A stretch of 64,000 bases of DNA. Source: Eukaryota sp. GEM-RC1 (lineage: Eukaryota). Below the pieces are notes generated by a model, which did no database searches, was not told where the DNA came from, and saw only the letters and a list, made by a program, of their open reading frames with translations. The stretch lies in the NCBI GenBank assembly GCA_040285855.1, contig JAUFOQ010000017.1:1364001-1428000 (forward strand). The letters run 5' to 3'. Positions 61,863 through 64,000 of the stretch are shown in pieces. Made by a program: the position numbers and the translations under genes. Position 1 is the first letter of the stretch, and each line of letters begins with the position of its first letter.

Positions 61863-62348
61863 ATGAATCAATTTCTCCTATCTCAATTTAGAGCACTTCA
61901 ACGTAACCAACAATGCTTTGAGACATCACTAGTAGGTGATAGTATCGACACATGGCGTGTTCTTATGAAACCTGTCTGCTTTGACACCAATTCCACTCTT
62001 TACAAACAACTATCTCAAAGTAGCTACGACGGTGTCCTTTTAGAACTCAAGTTCACCAACTCTTGTCAGTCTGTTACTCATTCGCCTCCGTGGTGCAGAA
62101 TCATTTCTCCTAAGCTGAGTGGAAGCAGTATCTTCAAAGGATCGGTTTGCTGGGAAGGCTTTCATTCAACAAGTAGGAGTGAAGAATACAATATGGAGAA
62201 TTTGTTGATGGAATTTGCATATGTACTGATCCACGACATGAGAGCTTCCTTCAGTGGAAGTGAGAACTGGAGTCTTGAGTCTGCCCGGGAGGGAGAACAA
62301 TACATTCTATCAGCACACAGGGATTGGAAACAATCAGCTTTTGTTTGA
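61863..62348 (+). CDS. UBE2Q-like ubiquitin-conjugating enzyme
   Basis: DSIDTWRV, PPWCRIISPKLSG..GSVC (catalytic Cys), YNMENLL, WSLESAR..H..W follow the UBE2Q pattern. Confidence 0.8.
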   Translation: MNQFLLSQFRALQRNQQCFETSLVGDSIDTWRVLMKPVCFDTNSTLYKQLSQSSYDGVLLELKFTNSCQSVTHSPPWCRIISPKLSGSSIFKGSVCWEGFHSTSRSEEYNMENLLMEFAYVLIHDMRASFSGSENWSLESAREGEQYILSAHRDWKQSAFV

Positions 62349-62595
62349 CGTGTTTTAGAAATGTTAATAAACAAACATATATTGAGTTGACCAGAACCAT
62401 TAAAAATTAAAAACCATAAACATGTGTAGCAACAAAAGGAACAAATCCTGATGTTTACTTGATATTAGGTCAGTTGTAGAAGTACTCGTACTGGTAGTTG
62501 AAAGAGAAAAGAACAAATCCATTGTATTTGTCATCAAACTTTCCAATTTAATGAGATTAAAAATGACAACTCCTTTAAATGATAACGGACACCTA

Positions 62596-63404
62596 CAGTC
62601 TACCCAGGACATAGTGCGTTCATTTTGGTACGCACTATATCCAGAAGCGCACTATATAGAGTAAAATGCTTGTGCACGATGATCATTGTAGATGTGGTCT
62701 TTATTGTCTATAAACTAGGTTCTCAGTACGGTTGTCTAGAAGACAAGCAAGGTCACGGTTCTGGAACAGCTGAAGACCGGGAGTAGTGCTCGTGCAATTT
62801 TATGAGTGTGGTTTGCAATGAAAGTGTGTACATCCAGATTCCCAATTAATTGACTCAGAAACACTTGGTTCTCTTACAATTCAACATAAGGAAGATAAGA
62901 GTGAAGTTGCGAAAAGGTCAGACGGATCACAAAACCTCATAAGCGTAGTTTTCAAGTAACCTACGACAGGGAGTGGTGCGTACAAAGTTCTGAAGCACCT
63001 CAAACACAATAAATGCCCACCATGGGCTGAGGAAGTGGTGATACTCTCAATTCTTCTCAATATCAGCAAATTAGACACCCAGTGCATTGTCAATGGTATC
63101 TGATCCTTCTTTATCAATAGAGAGAGGAGATGTCAAGAGAAAACTGAGATGCTCTCAGTGAAGAATAGAAGTTGTCTCATATAAAAAGTAACGTCCACGG
63201 AGACCACGGAAGCAACTATTGATGTAGTATCATATTGAGAAAGGATAACGCGATGAAGTTTATTGATGGAAGAAGACTATAACAAAAGTGATGGAATGCA
63301 CGACAGAAGAAGATACGATTTACTAACAGAGTTAGGGAAGACACTATAATACTAGGTTAGTGCGCACGGCAGTGAAAAGTGCGCACTATATCCAGGGTAG
63401 ACTG
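62596..63404. mobile_element. pogo-derived non-autonomous element (809 bp)
   Basis: 23-bp TIR CAGTCTACCC(A/T)GGA(C/T)ATAGTGCG, TA flanks, CGCACTATA subterminal repeats. Confidence 0.88.
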
Positions 63405-63409
63405 TACAG

Positions 63410-64000
63410 TTGAAAAACAGCAAATTAAAAAACACAATCTCTACAGAAACACAATAAATTACAATTTCATTAAATAACAAGAATTCTTTAAGAGTTTTTT
63501 TTAACGAATTATTTATTCTAAATGTAATAGACAATAACACTACAGTGTACATACATCTAATAATCAATATCCTCAAAGTCCAGATTGCCTAACTGGAAAT
63601 TTTCACCTACCTTATCTTCATAATGTCTGCCAAGAGATAATAAAGCGCTAGATACAGAAGTGACCATACCTTTAAAGATAGCAAACACAATTCGACTTTT
63701 CCAAAATCTAAGATCAAAAGTCCTAGATGTTTTTTCTTTTACAATCTTCACAAAGATTTCAAGTAATGATGTTGCAGATTCACCTAAAGAACCGTACAGT
63801 GAAAGTACAAAAGGGTACAACAAGTAATTCGAGTGTGAAGCCGAATTCAATAATTTCAATTTAGCACAATATTTTTTCTTTTTTAAATTTTTCACCTATC
63901 AACAGAGGGTCTTTAGCATTAGATTTAGCAAGTTTCTTGTTGGAATCATTACAAACATCGATAGACATAACATCAGCAATAATGAAAGATCCATCGAGAC
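63410..64000 (-). mobile_element. CRE-like 3' end (RLE domain and 3' UTR), runs off the window
   Basis: YPFVLSLYGSLG, FWKSRIVFAIFKG; matches 35171-35345. Confidence 0.85.

Noticed and set aside
1..64000. tRNA, rRNA or spliced-leader RNA genes as CRE target sites
   Set aside because: None recognisable by eye and the CRE flanks share no obvious target; covariance-model searches would be needed.

Overview
AT-rich eukaryotic DNA from a compact-genome protist. Seven 27-32 nt GT-AG introns with a fused branch-point/3' splice site suggest a metamonad-like host (inference). The left ~37 kb is mostly nested transposons: two divergent Ty3/gypsy (chromovirus-like) elements with very short LTRs (91 and 78 bp; the first looks near intact), several CRE-like RT-RLE non-LTR copies, and hAT and Tc1/pogo elements. 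It also holds a trypsin-like protease gene and a BTB-BTB-SPRY gene. The right part is gene-dense: MCM2, a PLAC8 gene, CDC23/APC8, CCDC93, CLP1, a UBE2Q-like E2, coiled-coil genes and one ~7.9 kb multidomain gene (CBM48-like, DEAH helicase, RING-IBR, PARP-like, WWE x2, class II nucleotidyltransferase). Many ORFs, including MCM2 and CLP1, are broken by single-base indels, mostly in homopolymers, which probably reflects assembly error. Most interesting: (1) both gypsy elements replace the tRNA primer-binding site with a co-varying palindrome at the LTR end, followed by hairpin arrays; (2) the helicase-E3-ART-WWE-NTase fusion; (3) a CRE-like retrotransposon bounded by inverted repeats.
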